The notes under the pieces were generated by a model. That model made no database searches and was not told the origin of the DNA. It saw nothing but the letters and a program-made list of their open reading frames with translations. The position numbers and the translations under genes are program-made. A DNA stretch of 64,000 nt, taken from the NCBI GenBank assembly GCA_951406725.2, contig OX597839.1, forward strand, positions 24,056,001 to 24,120,000. Direction: 5' to 3'. Source of the stretch: Octopus vulgaris (Eukaryota). Numbering within the stretch: position 1 is the first letter of the stretch; every line of letters starts with the position of its first letter. Of this stretch, positions 51,526-64,000 are shown piece by piece.

Positions 51526-51713
51526 ATTTCGTCTGCTGTTACGTTCTGAGTTCAAATTCTGCCGAGGTAGACTTTGCCTTTCATCTTCTCGGGGTCGATA
51601 AATAAAGTACCAGTTTCGCACTGGGGTTGATATAATCGACTTAATCCCTTTGTCTGTCCTTGTTTGTCCCCTCTATGTTTAGCCCCTTGTGGGTAGTATA
51701 AAAGAAATATATA
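51526..51713 (+). mobile_element. SINE family B monomer lacking the A-box part (many older family B copies elsewhere, e.g. about 2625-2805, 6840-7190, 10550-10735, 12555-12750, 16100-16435, 20585-20775, 45780-45985, 62345-62915)
   Basis: TSD atcatcatcgt (51515-51525, 51714-51724); starts at the same gtatttcgtc point as the trimer units. Confidence 0.82.
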
Positions 51714-53621
51714 ATCATCATCGTCGACAACAGTGTTTTAATTAGGTTTAGGCATGGCTGTGTGGTTAGAAGTTTGTTTCCCGACCACATGGTTCTGGGT
51801 TCAGTCCCACTGTGTGGCATCTGCATCAAGACCGGTCAACCAAAGCCTTGTGAGTGGATTTAGCAGATAGAAACTAAAAGAAACCGTCCACAAATATATA
51901 TACGTGTGTATATCTTTTTGATTGTGTTTATCCCCACCACTACTTGACAACCCGTGTTGGTTTGTTTACATCCCTGCAACACAGCAGCTTGGCAGAAAGG
52001 GAGCGATAGAATAGGTACCAGGTTTTAAAATATAATAAGCACTGGCGTTAATTTCTTCAACTAAAAATTCTTCAAGGTGGTGCCCCAGCATGGCCGCAGT
52101 CTAATGGCTGAATCAGGCGAAGGATAAAAAAACAAAAGATTACAGATAGCCTCAGAGTACTGCACCAACAAAATTTAATTATAATTGATACATTTATTGT
52201 AGATTATTCTGGAAAAACTGTCTATTTATGTTGACAGACTGTCCTTTCTAAACTGCTTTGAACCCAGAGTGCAGCAGTAGAGTCCATTGTGCTATGAGAA
52301 TGTGAATTTAATATTCATGCCATTCAGCCTGATCAGAGATGTAGAGGAGACGCACAGACAGACGGTATGAATTATTCAGTATCTGAGAAGAGAATGTAAC
52401 CCGGCAAGTCCAGTGAAGCACAGCAGAACTGTAACTTTTGACACACGGTTCATAAACAGCAGCCCAATTCACTGCTATGGTGTCAGCAGTTTAATGAACT
52501 GGCATTGAAAATTACTTGCCAACACCAGATCAATTAATAGGTAGATCACGGTGGCCGGCTTAAAACCAGAAGAATCTTAACACAAGAAAAACAAAAACTT
52601 CTTTGTTAATGTTATCTTAACAGTAATTGGTAATTAACAGAGCGACTTATAATTACGCGGTGAATTATTGACTTATTATATATAATAATCCAACAATAAC
52701 CGCTATCTTTTTACTAACTCTGCCGCTGTCGTCGGCATTTGTTTCCATTATGAGTGGCTACAATTCACAACGCTGCCAATCCCAACTACTTTACAGAAAA
52801 CAGAAAGTCAATAAAATTTGATACAAGCAAAGCTAATTACCAAAACAAGACTACAATGAAATGTTGGCTGGGAACAACCATTTTGATGATTGCTTTGGCC
52901 ACAAAAGAGCCATCTCGGAGAACATTAAGCACCAATAACTACAGAAAATTCCACCAACCACACACCACACACATATATATACATATACACACATGCATAT
53001 ACATACACACACACATATATATATATATCCATTGTCGGCATTGCTGCACGTGTCCTTGCTGTAGACAGAGAGATCAAAGATTATTATTTTTTTTTTGTAT
53101 TTTTGTTTTAACCATTGACAAAGCTGAACATTACAGAAAAGGAATGGAGAGAGGGGGAGGGAGGGAGAGAGGGGGAGAGGAAGGGCCAATTTGGCACCCC
53201 TGCTCATGATTATGTAGGCAGCTAGATTCGAGGACAACCACCCTTAGCTCCGTTGAATCGTTTTTGTGCTCAGGTAAACAGAATGCTAAACTTCCAGACA
53301 CATTTATGCAATAGAATTAAAGAATTGGGGGGGAAAAAAAAAAAACCCCAAAAAAAAATTCACACTACTGAGTTGGTTTGGTGAAAAGATACGGTGGGGG
53401 GGTGGGGGGAAAGAAAAAGAAGACAAATCAAAGGTTGAATAAAAATGGGGGTATTTAGTGTATCAATAGATTTATTAGAATTCAGAGAGTCATAAAATGG
53501 CCGACGGAACTAATTAACTGTGAAGCTAACGAGGACAAGAGATCAAGCATAAAAGAAAAATAGCTAGAAACATTGACATAGATACTTGGTTAATACATAT
53601 ATATACACACACACACAGACG

Positions 53622-53655
<34 letters not shown>

Positions 53656-54259
53656 ATATATATATACATATACACACATATATATAGAAGGCGAGCTGGC
53701 AGAATTTTTAGCATGCTGGACAATATGCTTAGCAGCAGCATTCTGCTGAGGTCAACTTTGCATCCATCCTTTCAGGGTCAATAAAACAAGTACCAGCCAA
53801 CCACTGGGGTCAATGTAATTGTCTTAGCCCCTAGCCCCCCCCCCCCCCGAAATTGCTGGCCTCGTGTCGAAATGTGAAACCAAGAAGACTTGTCAAGTCG
53901 AGAGAGATTGTAGTTACAGCCATTGCCAGTGTCCAGTAAATGGAACCCATGCCGGTGGCACATAGAAAGCACCCACTACACTCTTGGAGTGGTTGGCATG
54001 TCAGGAAGGGCATCCAGCCGTAGAAACCATGCCAAATCAGACAGGAACCTGGAGCAGCTCTCCAGCTTACCAGTTCCAGCCAAACTGCTTAATCCATAAC
54101 GAAATGGAAAGCAGACGTTAAATGATGATGATGATCTATATTCATATAAACACAAACACACACACACACACACATCTCACAAAAAAGGATTAGAACAGGT
54201 AAAACACATTCCATTCCTTACATTTTTAGGATCTTTATTTGCATACTTAGCAGCTTTAA

Positions 54260-54480
54260 CCCTTTTGTTACCAACTTGGCTGAAACCGGTTCTGGCTCTG
54301 TAGCACAAATGTCTGTTTTCAAAAGTTCTGAATTAAAATCTTCCACCAAACCTTAGTCACAATTTATGTTCCTAACACTAGCTTAACGGTAACTAAGTCG
54401 TTTTACTAAATTCTTTTGTTATATCAAAAATAATTGAACGAAAAATAGAGCATCTTAAAATAAATACAGTAATGAAAGGG
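54260..54480. mobile_element. piggyBac-type MITE family P1
   Basis: TTAA|CCCTTTTGTTACC...GTAATGAAAGGG|TTAA; same orientation as 13981-14205. Confidence 0.85.
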
Positions 54481-56139
54481 TTAATTGCTAAACCTTGGCA
54501 AGTTCCATGTTGACAGCCAGTTTATTGAAACTCATTAAAACTTCAATATGGGACGAAATATCAGACTTATATAAATAAATGCTTTTTACTGTATATTGTC
54601 CACCTTTAGTCATCAACACTAGTTGCAAAAGTGCATTAAGCTTACCAACATCCTACACTTGGACACCTGGATCACACTCTCCCTCTTTTTCTACACACAC
54701 ACAAACACACCTGGTTAATATATATGTTTAAACATTGTTGGTACATATATATTTATATATGGTTAATGTAAACACATACATGGTTAATATAAACACCTAT
54801 ACATGTTAATATAAACGATTATACATGTTAAATATATACATTCATACGTGCAGTCATTCGTAATGTAACAACAAAAGCTGGGATGAGGGAAGAAACAAAA
54901 AAAAAAATTAAAATCCTTTTATTTAATGCCAACAAACGGTATATTATATATTCCACAGTTTGCGACTACTGCAGTAAAGTCATTACAAGGTGTGGAATAA
55001 ATAAACAGATGTGGAGAGAGAAAGATTTCCTCTTTTTGTTTTTTCCACCAAAATCTACAAAAACCCAACATCGTTTTTAATGACCGTATGCAAATTCCTC
55101 AGCCATAAAATACTATATTGCTACACATTCCATTAGCATGACACTTTCATGTTTAGTTACTAATAAACTAATCACATGAAAAGAGCCACTAAACCTACAC
55201 AGTACAACAACAAAGAAAGAACCAGCGTCGTCGTGAGAGATAGGAGAATGTTTGCTCGAAGCAAAGATAATTTAATCTGTTTTCAAATTTTGACATAAGA
55301 ACTAGGAACCTATCTGATACGTTTAATGGACAGACGCAAGAGTATGTTAGGAAATTCTAATCAGTCGCAGTAAATTAATGTTTATACACAGCCATTACGG
55401 GGGGGACGGGGGGTTCAGTGTTGATTATAGTTCTTTGTTATGTTCCTTGTTGTCTGGTACCACAGCTAAAACCGAGGCGGTACTACAACTTGGTTTACGA
55501 TACTTTAATATGTATGTATGTATACACACACACACACACACACATACGTGTGAAACGTAGATCAAGTATGATACAGAGATTACACAATAGCAGTAAAAAG
55601 GTTTTAGAATTTGGTAAATTAAATGGAGTCAGAGAGATTGGCGCCATTTAAGTGGTTGGTCAACAGTCTACTGTGCATGCTGTTTTTAAAGTATCCGCTT
55701 AAAATATATTTCGCCGAAGTAGCTTCCTCTCTGACCAGGGAGTTCCTTATGGAACTAAACGACAAATTCATTGTCCATTACCCAAATCTACAGCAACCGG
55801 AGTGTGAGTTTTACAGCTGGATGCCATCTGAATCCAACCATAAAATGGAGCTTAATAACCCAATCTGTTGAAGTAGTTTAACCTATAAGTGGCCATTACC
55901 CAAACATTCAGGCTAACAATGTTGGCGATTTTCAAATTCACTAAAATGTTATTTGATGATCTAATACAGCAATACTGGATTTACTTAAACAAATGCTAAC
56001 CGCTGTGAACTGGAACTGGAACTTACCGCTGACACCTCGTATTTCACTCAGTCACACTGCCTGCTGTTTAATTACATGGAAATATAATTCTTTATTTTTG
56101 CAATTTTACAATATTTCTTAATTAAACTTTAATATTTAG

Positions 56140-56522
56140 AAACACTCCATCGGTTACGACGACGAGGGTTCCGGTTGATCCGAATCAACGGAACAGCCTG
56201 CTCGTGAAATTAACGTGTAAGTGGCTGAGCACTCCACAGACACGTGTACCCTTTACGTAGTTCTCGGGGATATTCAGCGTGACACAGAGAGTGACAAGGC
56301 CGGCCCTTTGAAATACAGGCACAACAGAAACAGGAAGTAAGAGTGAGAGAAAGTTGCGGTGAAAGAGTACAGCAGGGATCACCACCATCCCCTGCTGGAG
56401 CCTCGTGGAGCTTTAGGTGTTTTTGCTCAATAAACACTCACAACGCCCAGTCTGGGAATCGAAACCGCAATCCTATGACCGCGAGTCCGCTGCCCTAACC
56501 ACTGGGCTATTGCGCCTCCAAC
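56140..56522 (-). mobile_element. tRNA-derived SINE family C
   Basis: Same family; 14-bp TSD actttaatatttag (56126-56139, 56523-56536). Confidence 0.9.
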
Positions 56523-57282
56523 ACTTTAATATTTAGCACTCCTTGAACCCATGTCAAAGATACAGAATAAAATATTTTCTCAAATTATGAAAATGTACCA
56601 CCAGGGGTTGCATATGGTGGCTAAGTGAAGTTTGTGGTGAACCACCAGTGGTCCCATGTGGCAGTTAATGTGGTAAAGACAACCAAGACTGCCAAACTAT
56701 TTTCTGGGAGTCGATCACATGATGGAAACACCCAAATTAAACTTAGAACGCCCAACCAAATCACCCTTATTCAGAAAGGGCTCAGCAGACAAACGAAAAG
56801 CTTGACTGTCATGAAATACAAATGGATTGAAAGCAGCTATGTTGTAGCTGTTAGCATTGTATGAGGGCTCAACTTGGGAAATGCTTTAAACTGCCATCCC
56901 TAAAAATTGGTGCTTCCTGGTTGAAAGGCATCACATTGAAAGGAAGATTTACAAACTACATCTGTGTAGCTAGCAGTTCTTGCTGACAGTACAATTCCCC
57001 TCAAAAGTCAAGAAAGACCAGACCACCTTTGAAGTAAGGACTGTACTGAATAACTTGGTGCAATTACAGAAAATGCTAAAATAAGTGGATCACTGGCTTG
57101 GGAAAAAAAACACACACACATACACACTAACAATGATGTAACTCAATAAATGATGCTTTTCCGTTCTACCATTTAGTCAAACAGACTCCATTGAACAATT
57201 GAAATATGTCTACTGGGATCAAACAGTTGGAGAAGAACCTCAGTAGACATACAGCTACACATACACACACACTTGTAGCCAG

Positions 57283-57320
<38 letters not shown>

Positions 57321-57322
<2 letters not shown>

Positions 57323-57681
57323 AATGTAGGATAAAATTTTTTTCGAAAAAAATATTCTTTTCCAAAAAAAAAAATTTTATCAATGGCCAGCATATCAAAA
57401 AATACCTTTAAAGGTTAAATCTATAAACAATTCATAATTAAGGGCAAACGAAAACATTTCTAATGCCAGATATGCCGAAAAATTGGACATATTGTCCATT
57501 AACCATATAATTTTTTCACGATATGCACGCTACTCGAAAAAAGGTCGACAGAAATTTCTAAAACATTTCATTATTACCATATCGGGCCGATTTCAGAGTT
57601 AGCTTATAACAGCCCTCTCTTCGTCAGTGATACATGTGGCAGAAGAAATAAATGAGATACTTACTCATACCTTAATTATGA

Positions 57682-57686
<5 letters not shown>
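57321..57686 (-). mobile_element. Penelope-like pseudo-LTR remnant inserted in a (TA)n tract
   Basis: Carries the hammerhead, retains CpGs, is flanked by (TA)n on both sides, and has a 17-bp inverted duplication (57427-57443 vs 57670-57686). No RT/GIY-YIG ORF present. Confidence 0.55.
57575..57632 (-). ncRNA. Type I hammerhead ribozyme motif (Penelope-type), sense to the RERE pre-mRNA
   Basis: Minus strand reads UAUCA-CUGACGA-AGAG(ag GGCU guuaua AGCU aa)CUCU-GAA-AUCG gcc CGAU-A-UGGUA. Catalytic core is complete; helices I (5 bp), II (4+4 bp) and III (4 bp) can all form; AUA cleavage triplet. Confidence 0.82.
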
Positions 57687-57717
<31 letters not shown>

Positions 57718-57758
57718 TATATATATATGTGTATATATATATATATATACAATTATGA

Positions 57759-57820
<62 letters not shown>

Positions 57821-59944
57821 TACACACACTCTTGAATATATGACTATAAATGTATAAACATATATACACATACATTTATAATAAATTCTACACACACACA
57901 CATACACATCAGGTAGTACATTTCTATTAGAATGCATTAGTTTTGAAGAATTATTTTCAACAAGTACTGGAATATGATCTCAAGCAATAAACTATTAAAA
58001 ACCAGTTGAAAAAAAAAAGGAATTTTTTTTTTTTTTTTTTTTTGGTAAAGATAATCTGGCAGCAGAATTCTTTGAGACTGTACCAGAAACCCTCAGCATC
58101 ACAGCTTAAATCCCAGCCATGTAGCGACCGAAACCTACATGATGCCCCCCCCCTTTCAGTCGCGTCTAGGGCCTCGATACCCTCTAATTCTACATAATAA
58201 ACTGGAATAGTTTCCATGTTAATACCAAATCTTCACACTTCAAAGAATGTTTGAAATAAGAAGGAATTATCCATGACAACCAGATAACAAAAAAAAAAAG
58301 AAAAGAAAAAAAAAAGCGCTTTATTTATTTTATGAGTTTTTAATACTATAAACAGGAATGTATTTCATTAAGGCAATAATCTACCAAGGAACTGAAGCTC
58401 AGCTTAATCCTATTAATGGTGCACCCACAGGAAAGAGACTTGGATAAAATAAATCACTTTTTATCATCTCATTTTCCAATCAGTACAGATTTACCTTTTC
58501 ATTTTTGTTTTTTTTCCGTTGATGCTTTTTTTTTTTATTCTCATCTTATTCATTTTCTTTCTTCCTTTTTCTGTTGTTTTTTTTTTCAATTATGACATCG
58601 ACTTAGTCTTGAACCGTGTCCAGAAAATATCTCCACAAATTTCAAACTCTTTGGCTAACGATCCTGGCAACATTTTCACTCACTGGCAAACTCATTAGTG
58701 TCAGACGAAACGAACCAGCAGTTTCTCAGATTTACCGAATACCAATGGAATCGGAAATAAAAACAAAATCCTGAAAAGATATTAGTTAATATTTCCATGT
58801 CACTTCTCTCTCTTTTACTCACAGACATTCCATCGCTTTGGATAGGGAACTCTCAAAAGAGAACTTCCAAAGTTCTACCACCTTTGAAACTCATTTTTGC
58901 CAGCTGAGTGGACTGCAGCAATGAGAAGTAAAGTGCCTTGCTCAAGGATACAACATGCTGCTGGGAATTGAACTCATGACGTCATGATCATGAGCTGAAT
59001 ACCCTAACCACCAAGCCTTCGCATATCTGCATGGTAAGAAGCTTGCTTCCCAACCACATGGTTCCAGGTTCAGTCCCACTGTGTGGCACCTTGGGCAAGT
59101 GTCTTCTGCTACAGCTTCGGGCAGACCAAAGCCCTGTGAGCGGATTTGACAGACGGAAACTAAAAGAAGCCCATTGTGTATGTATGTGCATGTATATATA
59201 TATATATATATAAAAATAATGTGCACGCGCGTGTTTGTCCCCTTACTATCGCATGACAACCGATATTCGTGTGCTAACATCCCCATAACTGAGCAGTATG
59301 GCAAAAGAGACTGATAGAATAACTACTAGGCTTACAAAGATTAAGTTCTGGGGGTCGATTTGTCCACCTAAAAGCAGAGCTCCAGCACAGCCACGGTCAA
59401 ATGACTGAAACAAATAAAAGAACGCATGTATATCGTCTGCGGAGCCCTAAAGTCAACGAAGACCCAGGGAGCCCAACTGATTGATGGAAACTGGAAGGAA
59501 GACCAGCCATAGGTTAAAATGTTTACATCATTCTAGGTAGAGTCCCACAGCATGGCTCCTAGAGGAAGTGGGTCCACCTATTGCTCCAGCTTGGCCAATG
59601 CCTTGCCAGTGAGTTTGATGATGTGAAATGTATATAGCCAACTGCATATGTGTGTGTGTGTACGCGTGCATGCGCAAATGTGCAAGGATGTTGGTATTTC
59701 GTCTGTGCCCATGTACGTATAAGGGGTTAGCTTAGTGGCTGTTGATGTCCTTTTTTGACTTTGCAAACTGGTCCCTCTGTGCTTTTGAAGACCTGTGGAA
59801 TATGAAATCGCTTACCTGAAAAAACCAGGTGAGGGCTGATGATGAGAAGAACATCCAACCATGAAATCCTGCCTGAAAATCAATTGTCTATCCAAGACTT
59901 TGCCAGCATGGGAAAAGAACGGGTGTTGAACAACAGGTATAATA

Positions 59945-59968
59945 CTCACACACACACATGTACATACG

Positions 59969-60004
<36 letters not shown>

Positions 60005-60355
60005 TACACGCACATACACATTTATAGATGTATACATGTACATATGTTCACACACAAAGATACACACATGTATGCATGTACATACATGTACATATACACA
60101 CACACATGCAAGTATGCATACACATACACACATGCATATACACATCCACATACACACACGTATACATATGCACACATGCATGTATACATACACACATGCA
60201 TATACACATCCACATATGTATACATATATGCACACATGCATGTATATATATATATATATACACACACACATATATACATATACACACATACACATGTTCA
60301 TGTATACATGAACACACACACACACCTGCGTGCACATATACATACATACACACAC
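59945..60355. repeat. Degenerate (CA/TA)n low-complexity tract
   Basis: Alternating purine-pyrimidine tract. Confidence 0.9.
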
Positions 60356-60938
60356 GATGTGCATGGAGGATGACCAATGAAGAAGTGTAAGTCTATCAGA
60401 ATGAGATGAGTTTGCTCTGGAAAGGAGGAAGAGGAAACGGTAGCAGTTGGAACTGCTGAAGAACACAATGATCCACCCGGTCCAGGAATTGAAACCACAA
60501 TCTTACAATCGTGAGTCCAATACCCTTAACCACTAAGCCATGCACTGCCATAATCAGAAAGTACGATGGGTTTGATTGAGAGGAAGTTTCATAAGAGTCA
60601 CCAGAGGCACAGGGGTGGCTGTGTGGTAAGAAACTTGCTTCACAACCACATGGTTCCAGGTTCAGTCCCACTGCATGACACCTTGGGCAAATGTTTTCCT
60701 CCTCATAACTCCTGCCATTTTTTCTACAGGTGTCGACTTACAAATGTTCAAAGGCTGGAGAGGAACATTAATGGGACCAATTTCATCTGGGCTAAAGTGG
60801 CCTGTGGAAGCTATGGACATTGCCCTTTCCTTCAAATCCAGAAATTAGAAAAATTAATTTATGCTGTGCAATGGGTTTGTACAGTGTGTAGTTACTGCTT
60901 TAAGTTAGGAAGAACTAGATTACTTATATAGGAAGCAA

Positions 60939-61205
60939 CAGGGCTCTGGAGTCGAAACAAAAAACTTTGACTCCGACTCCTCTACCCTCGGCACCTCTGA
61001 CTCCGACTCTGACTCCTCTTCATGTAATAAAGTGGTTGTGGTCTACGTATCTCATAAAACATAAGCATTTGCTGGTACTCTGAGTAGGCCCCTATATTAC
61101 AACTGGTTTATATTAAAGAATAAAGATATTGTGAGTCGGAGTCAATATAGTTTTACTGACTCTGACTCCAGCTACCCCTTAATTGTTTCTGACTCCACAG
61201 CCCTG
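60939..61205. mobile_element. hAT-type MITE with gactcc sub-terminal repeats (partial inverted copy about 18822-18888)
   Basis: TIR CAGGGCTCTGGAGTC / GACTCCACAGCCCTG; 8-bp TSD ggaagcaa/ggaagcag. Confidence 0.82.
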
Positions 61206-61527
61206 GGAAGCAGGGAAGTTAATTCAACATGATGAGGCTGATGATGATGATGATTCCGATATCTTTAAACAATGTTAATTTTTTCTTCGCTTTCAGTAGA
61301 AACGGAACGAAAAGATTCTAATTTGGTTCAGCATCCACAATTTGTGGCACAAGCAAATACACAATCATATATAAAAATTTTTTCTCTTCTTTTTTGAAAA
61401 ATAAGACTTTCATCTCAAAGAACACTCAGAACAAGGTCTTAGAATTCGAAAATTGTGTACAGCTAGAAATAAAAACAAAAGAACAAACAGCAGAGTTTTT
61501 CCTCAAGGAGAAATTTTTTCCACTTAC

Positions 61528-61608
61528 CGTTTCTCTGTGTGGGAGTAATTCTTTACGAATTTTGAAGAAATTTTTCCCATACTGACGTAAACCCTTGATG
61601 AAGCGCTT
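61528..61608 (-). CDS. RERE: RERE/Atrophin coding exon (81 nt), SANT domain: [27 protein letters not shown]
   Basis: Not in the ORF track; read manually. Boundaries tttttccag|AAG...ACG|gtaagt, 27 codons, phase 0/0. Nearly identical to the vertebrate RERE SANT segment as recalled ([27 protein letters not shown]). Confidence 0.96.
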
Positions 61609-61866
61609 CTGGAAAAAGATATTGAAATGAAGAAGTGATTAACAGAACTAACTTTCGTTTATGGCAAAAGTTAAGAAACCATAGAGATGGCACTGGGGGT
61701 CATTCTCCTACATATTCCAACTTGTACAGAGTCAAATGGATCTTCAATTGGAAAAACGTCAGTCTTTACAGAGGACCAAAAACAACCCCCGCCCCCCCCA
61801 ACAAAATAACCGATTGTATACATCAAATTTAAAAAGTTCAACTGAAAAATATTAATTTTAAATTAA

Positions 61867-62313
61867 CTCTTTCGTCACCGTATTTATTTAAAGATGTTCT
61901 GTGTTTCTTTCAATTCATTTTAACCCTTTAGTGTTTAAACCGGCCATATCCGGCCCAAATAATCTACCAAATAATTCTGTTAAAACTGCCCAGATTTGGT
62001 ATCTCACACCAACCTATAATGTCAATCTAAAAACAGGTGATAACATCATCGAAATCTTAAAGCTACGAAATAATGCATGATTAGCTTAAAACAATTTGGA
62101 TGAATAAATATAATATTTGACAGAATAATCTGAATGCTAAAGGGTTAAATATAATAAAGTATTTAGTAAAATAACTTAGTTATCATTAAGCTAGTGTTAG
62201 GAATATAAATTGTGACTAAGGTTTGGTGGAAGATTTTAATAAAGTACTTTTGAAAACCAGACATTTGTACTACAGAGCCATAGGTGGTTTCAGGTGGGTT
62301 GGTATCAAAAGGG
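61867..62313. mobile_element. piggyBac-type MITE P1 with a P2 MITE (61924-62144) nested at an internal TTAA
   Basis: Outer TTAA at 61863 and 62314, inner TTAA at 61920 and 62145; removing the inner element restores the P1 sequence seen at 3950-3975. Confidence 0.85.
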
Positions 62314-62559
62314 TTAAGAATTAAAAAGTGAAATAACAATGATCCTTCCTACTAGAAGCCTGAAATTTTGCAGGAGAGGGCTGATCAATTACACTGACCC
62401 CCACACACACTGCTTAACTGGGTATTTATTTCATCCACCCAGAAAGGATGAAAGGCAAAGCCGATCACAGAGGAATTTGAACCAAGAATGTAAAGAAATG
62501 GAATAAATGCTGTCAGGCATTTTGCCCAGCATACTAACGGTTCTGCCAACTCACCACAA

Positions 62560-62630
<71 letters not shown>

Positions 62631-62752
62631 GTAATAGTAATAATAATAATAATAATAATTAATAATGATAATAATAATTAATAATAATAATAATAATAAT
62701 TAATAATAATAATAATAATAATTAATAATGATAATAATAATAATAATAATAA
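62560..62752. repeat. (ACT)n(AAT)n microsatellite
   Basis: Trinucleotide runs at a SINE B tail. Confidence 0.92.
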
Positions 62753-63307
62753 GCCTTTCTACTAAAGGCACAAGAACTGAAATTTAGGAGGAGAGGACTA
62801 GTTGATTACATCGACCCCAGCGTTCCACTGGTATCAACCCTGAAAGGATGGAAGTCGACCTCAGCCACTAAGCATTTCGTGCAGTATGCTAATGATTCCG
62901 TCAACTGACCACCTTAATAGTAAGAAGAAGAAGAAGAAGAAGAAAATCAGGTTCAATTTTAGTTTGTAATTTTTTATTTCCACTTAAGAAATATTATTTA
63001 ATAATTGAGTGACACTCAAGGGAAAGAGACACTTGAGTGAGAGTCAGAAGAATTAAGGCAAAAGGTGAAGTTCAATGAAAAGAGGTTGTTGGGAAAGCAG
63101 CCATGAGGATCTATCTGGCTTCAGAAGTCTTTTAAACACATTGAATAATATTCTTCTGTTGCGGGGAAGGAGAAGAAGAAGAAGTCACAAACTGACCAAC
63201 GGAATGAAGGAACGAAAGTGAGAACAGAGAACAAATTTGGCATGAAGAAGGCAAGATTTTGTAGTGAGAAAGGCAAGCATCTCGAGGCTAGCCTGCCTCT
63301 TGTATTA

Positions 63308-63331
63308 TAGAGAGAGAAGAGGGTATAGAGG

Positions 63332-63363
<32 letters not shown>

Positions 63364-63712
63364 TATAGAGGGAGAGAGAGAGAGAGAGAGGGGATAGAGG
63401 GAGAGAGAGAGAGAGAGAGGGTATAGAGAGAGAGAGAGAGAGAGGAGGGTATAGAGGGAGAGAGAGAGAGAGAGAAGAGGGGATAGAGGGAGAGAGAGGA
63501 GGGTATAGAGGGAGAGAGAGAGAGAGAGAGAGGGGATAGAGGGAGAGAGAGAGAGAGAGAGAGAGAAGAGGGGATAGAGGGAAAGAGAGAGAGGAGGGTA
63601 TAGAGGGAGAGAGAGAGAGGAGGGTATAGAGAGAGAGAGAAGAGGGGATAGAGGGAGAGAGAGAAGAGGGTATAGAGGGAGAGAGAGGAGTGGATGGAAG
63701 GAGAGAGGGAGA
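63308..63712. repeat. Polypurine (GA)n minisatellite punctuated by agggtatagaggg
   Basis: About 400 bp of almost pure purine tract. Confidence 0.92.
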
Positions 63713-64000
63713 GCGCTAAGAATGACTAGCAATAAACAAGGAATACACAAGAGTCGCGAACCTACAAGTCAAAGCTTTTCAGATAAAATGAATCGCACGG
63801 AATCAATAGCACAAAGTTATTTGGCAAGAAACAAATTAATAAAGCAAACCACTCGATGATAATATCAAAAGTGGAGAGTTAATAGCAAACGATCAAAAGA
63901 CCGGCAGCGAATTCACAAGAACCATGTGGATGAAAATATTGGTAAATCACTAGAAGAGTTTATCTAAATAATCTCTTTAACTTTCTGCGAGAGATCACTG

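Noticed and set aside
63121-63750. 209-aa Leu/Ser/Pro ORF
   Set aside because: Translation of the polypurine minisatellite; no domain and no splice support.

Overview
Eukaryotic, AT-rich, repeat-dense genomic DNA. The SINE/MITE families look like those of Octopus (coleoid cephalopod); this is inferred from recall, not from a database search. The window holds the central part of one minus-strand gene, the RERE/Atrophin transcriptional corepressor. Eight coding exons splice in frame with GT-AG boundaries: 61608-61528, 15130-14992, 12924-12829, 11412-11213, 10269-10084, 8467-8381, 6791-6702 and 6108-4331. They encode the C-terminal half of the SANT domain, a CX2CX18CX2C GATA-type finger, the N-terminal part of the atrophin domain and a 592-codon polyQ/polyP/His-rich exon. 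The gene runs off both window ends. A 46.4-kb intron (15131-61527) splits the SANT domain. The introns contain several tRNA-derived SINE families (many with TSDs), piggyBac-type (TTAA) and hAT-type MITEs, CR1 and R4/NeSL-like LINE fragments, Penelope-like remnants and many mini/microsatellites. The most notable findings are: (1) an apparently intact type I hammerhead ribozyme in the sense orientation of the RERE intron (57575-57632), with two CpG-decayed antisense relatives; (2) a CpG-retaining domain of about 16 kb inside the long intron, with YY1 motifs and splice donors, suggesting an internal promoter for a short atrophin-1-like isoform starting at MRTRRSRES; (3) a perfect 124-bp palindrome; (4) a head-to-tail SINE trimer whose A-box-less monomer also occurs alone with a TSD; (5) a pre-miRNA-sized hairpin. 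Almost all other ORFs in the track are spurious.
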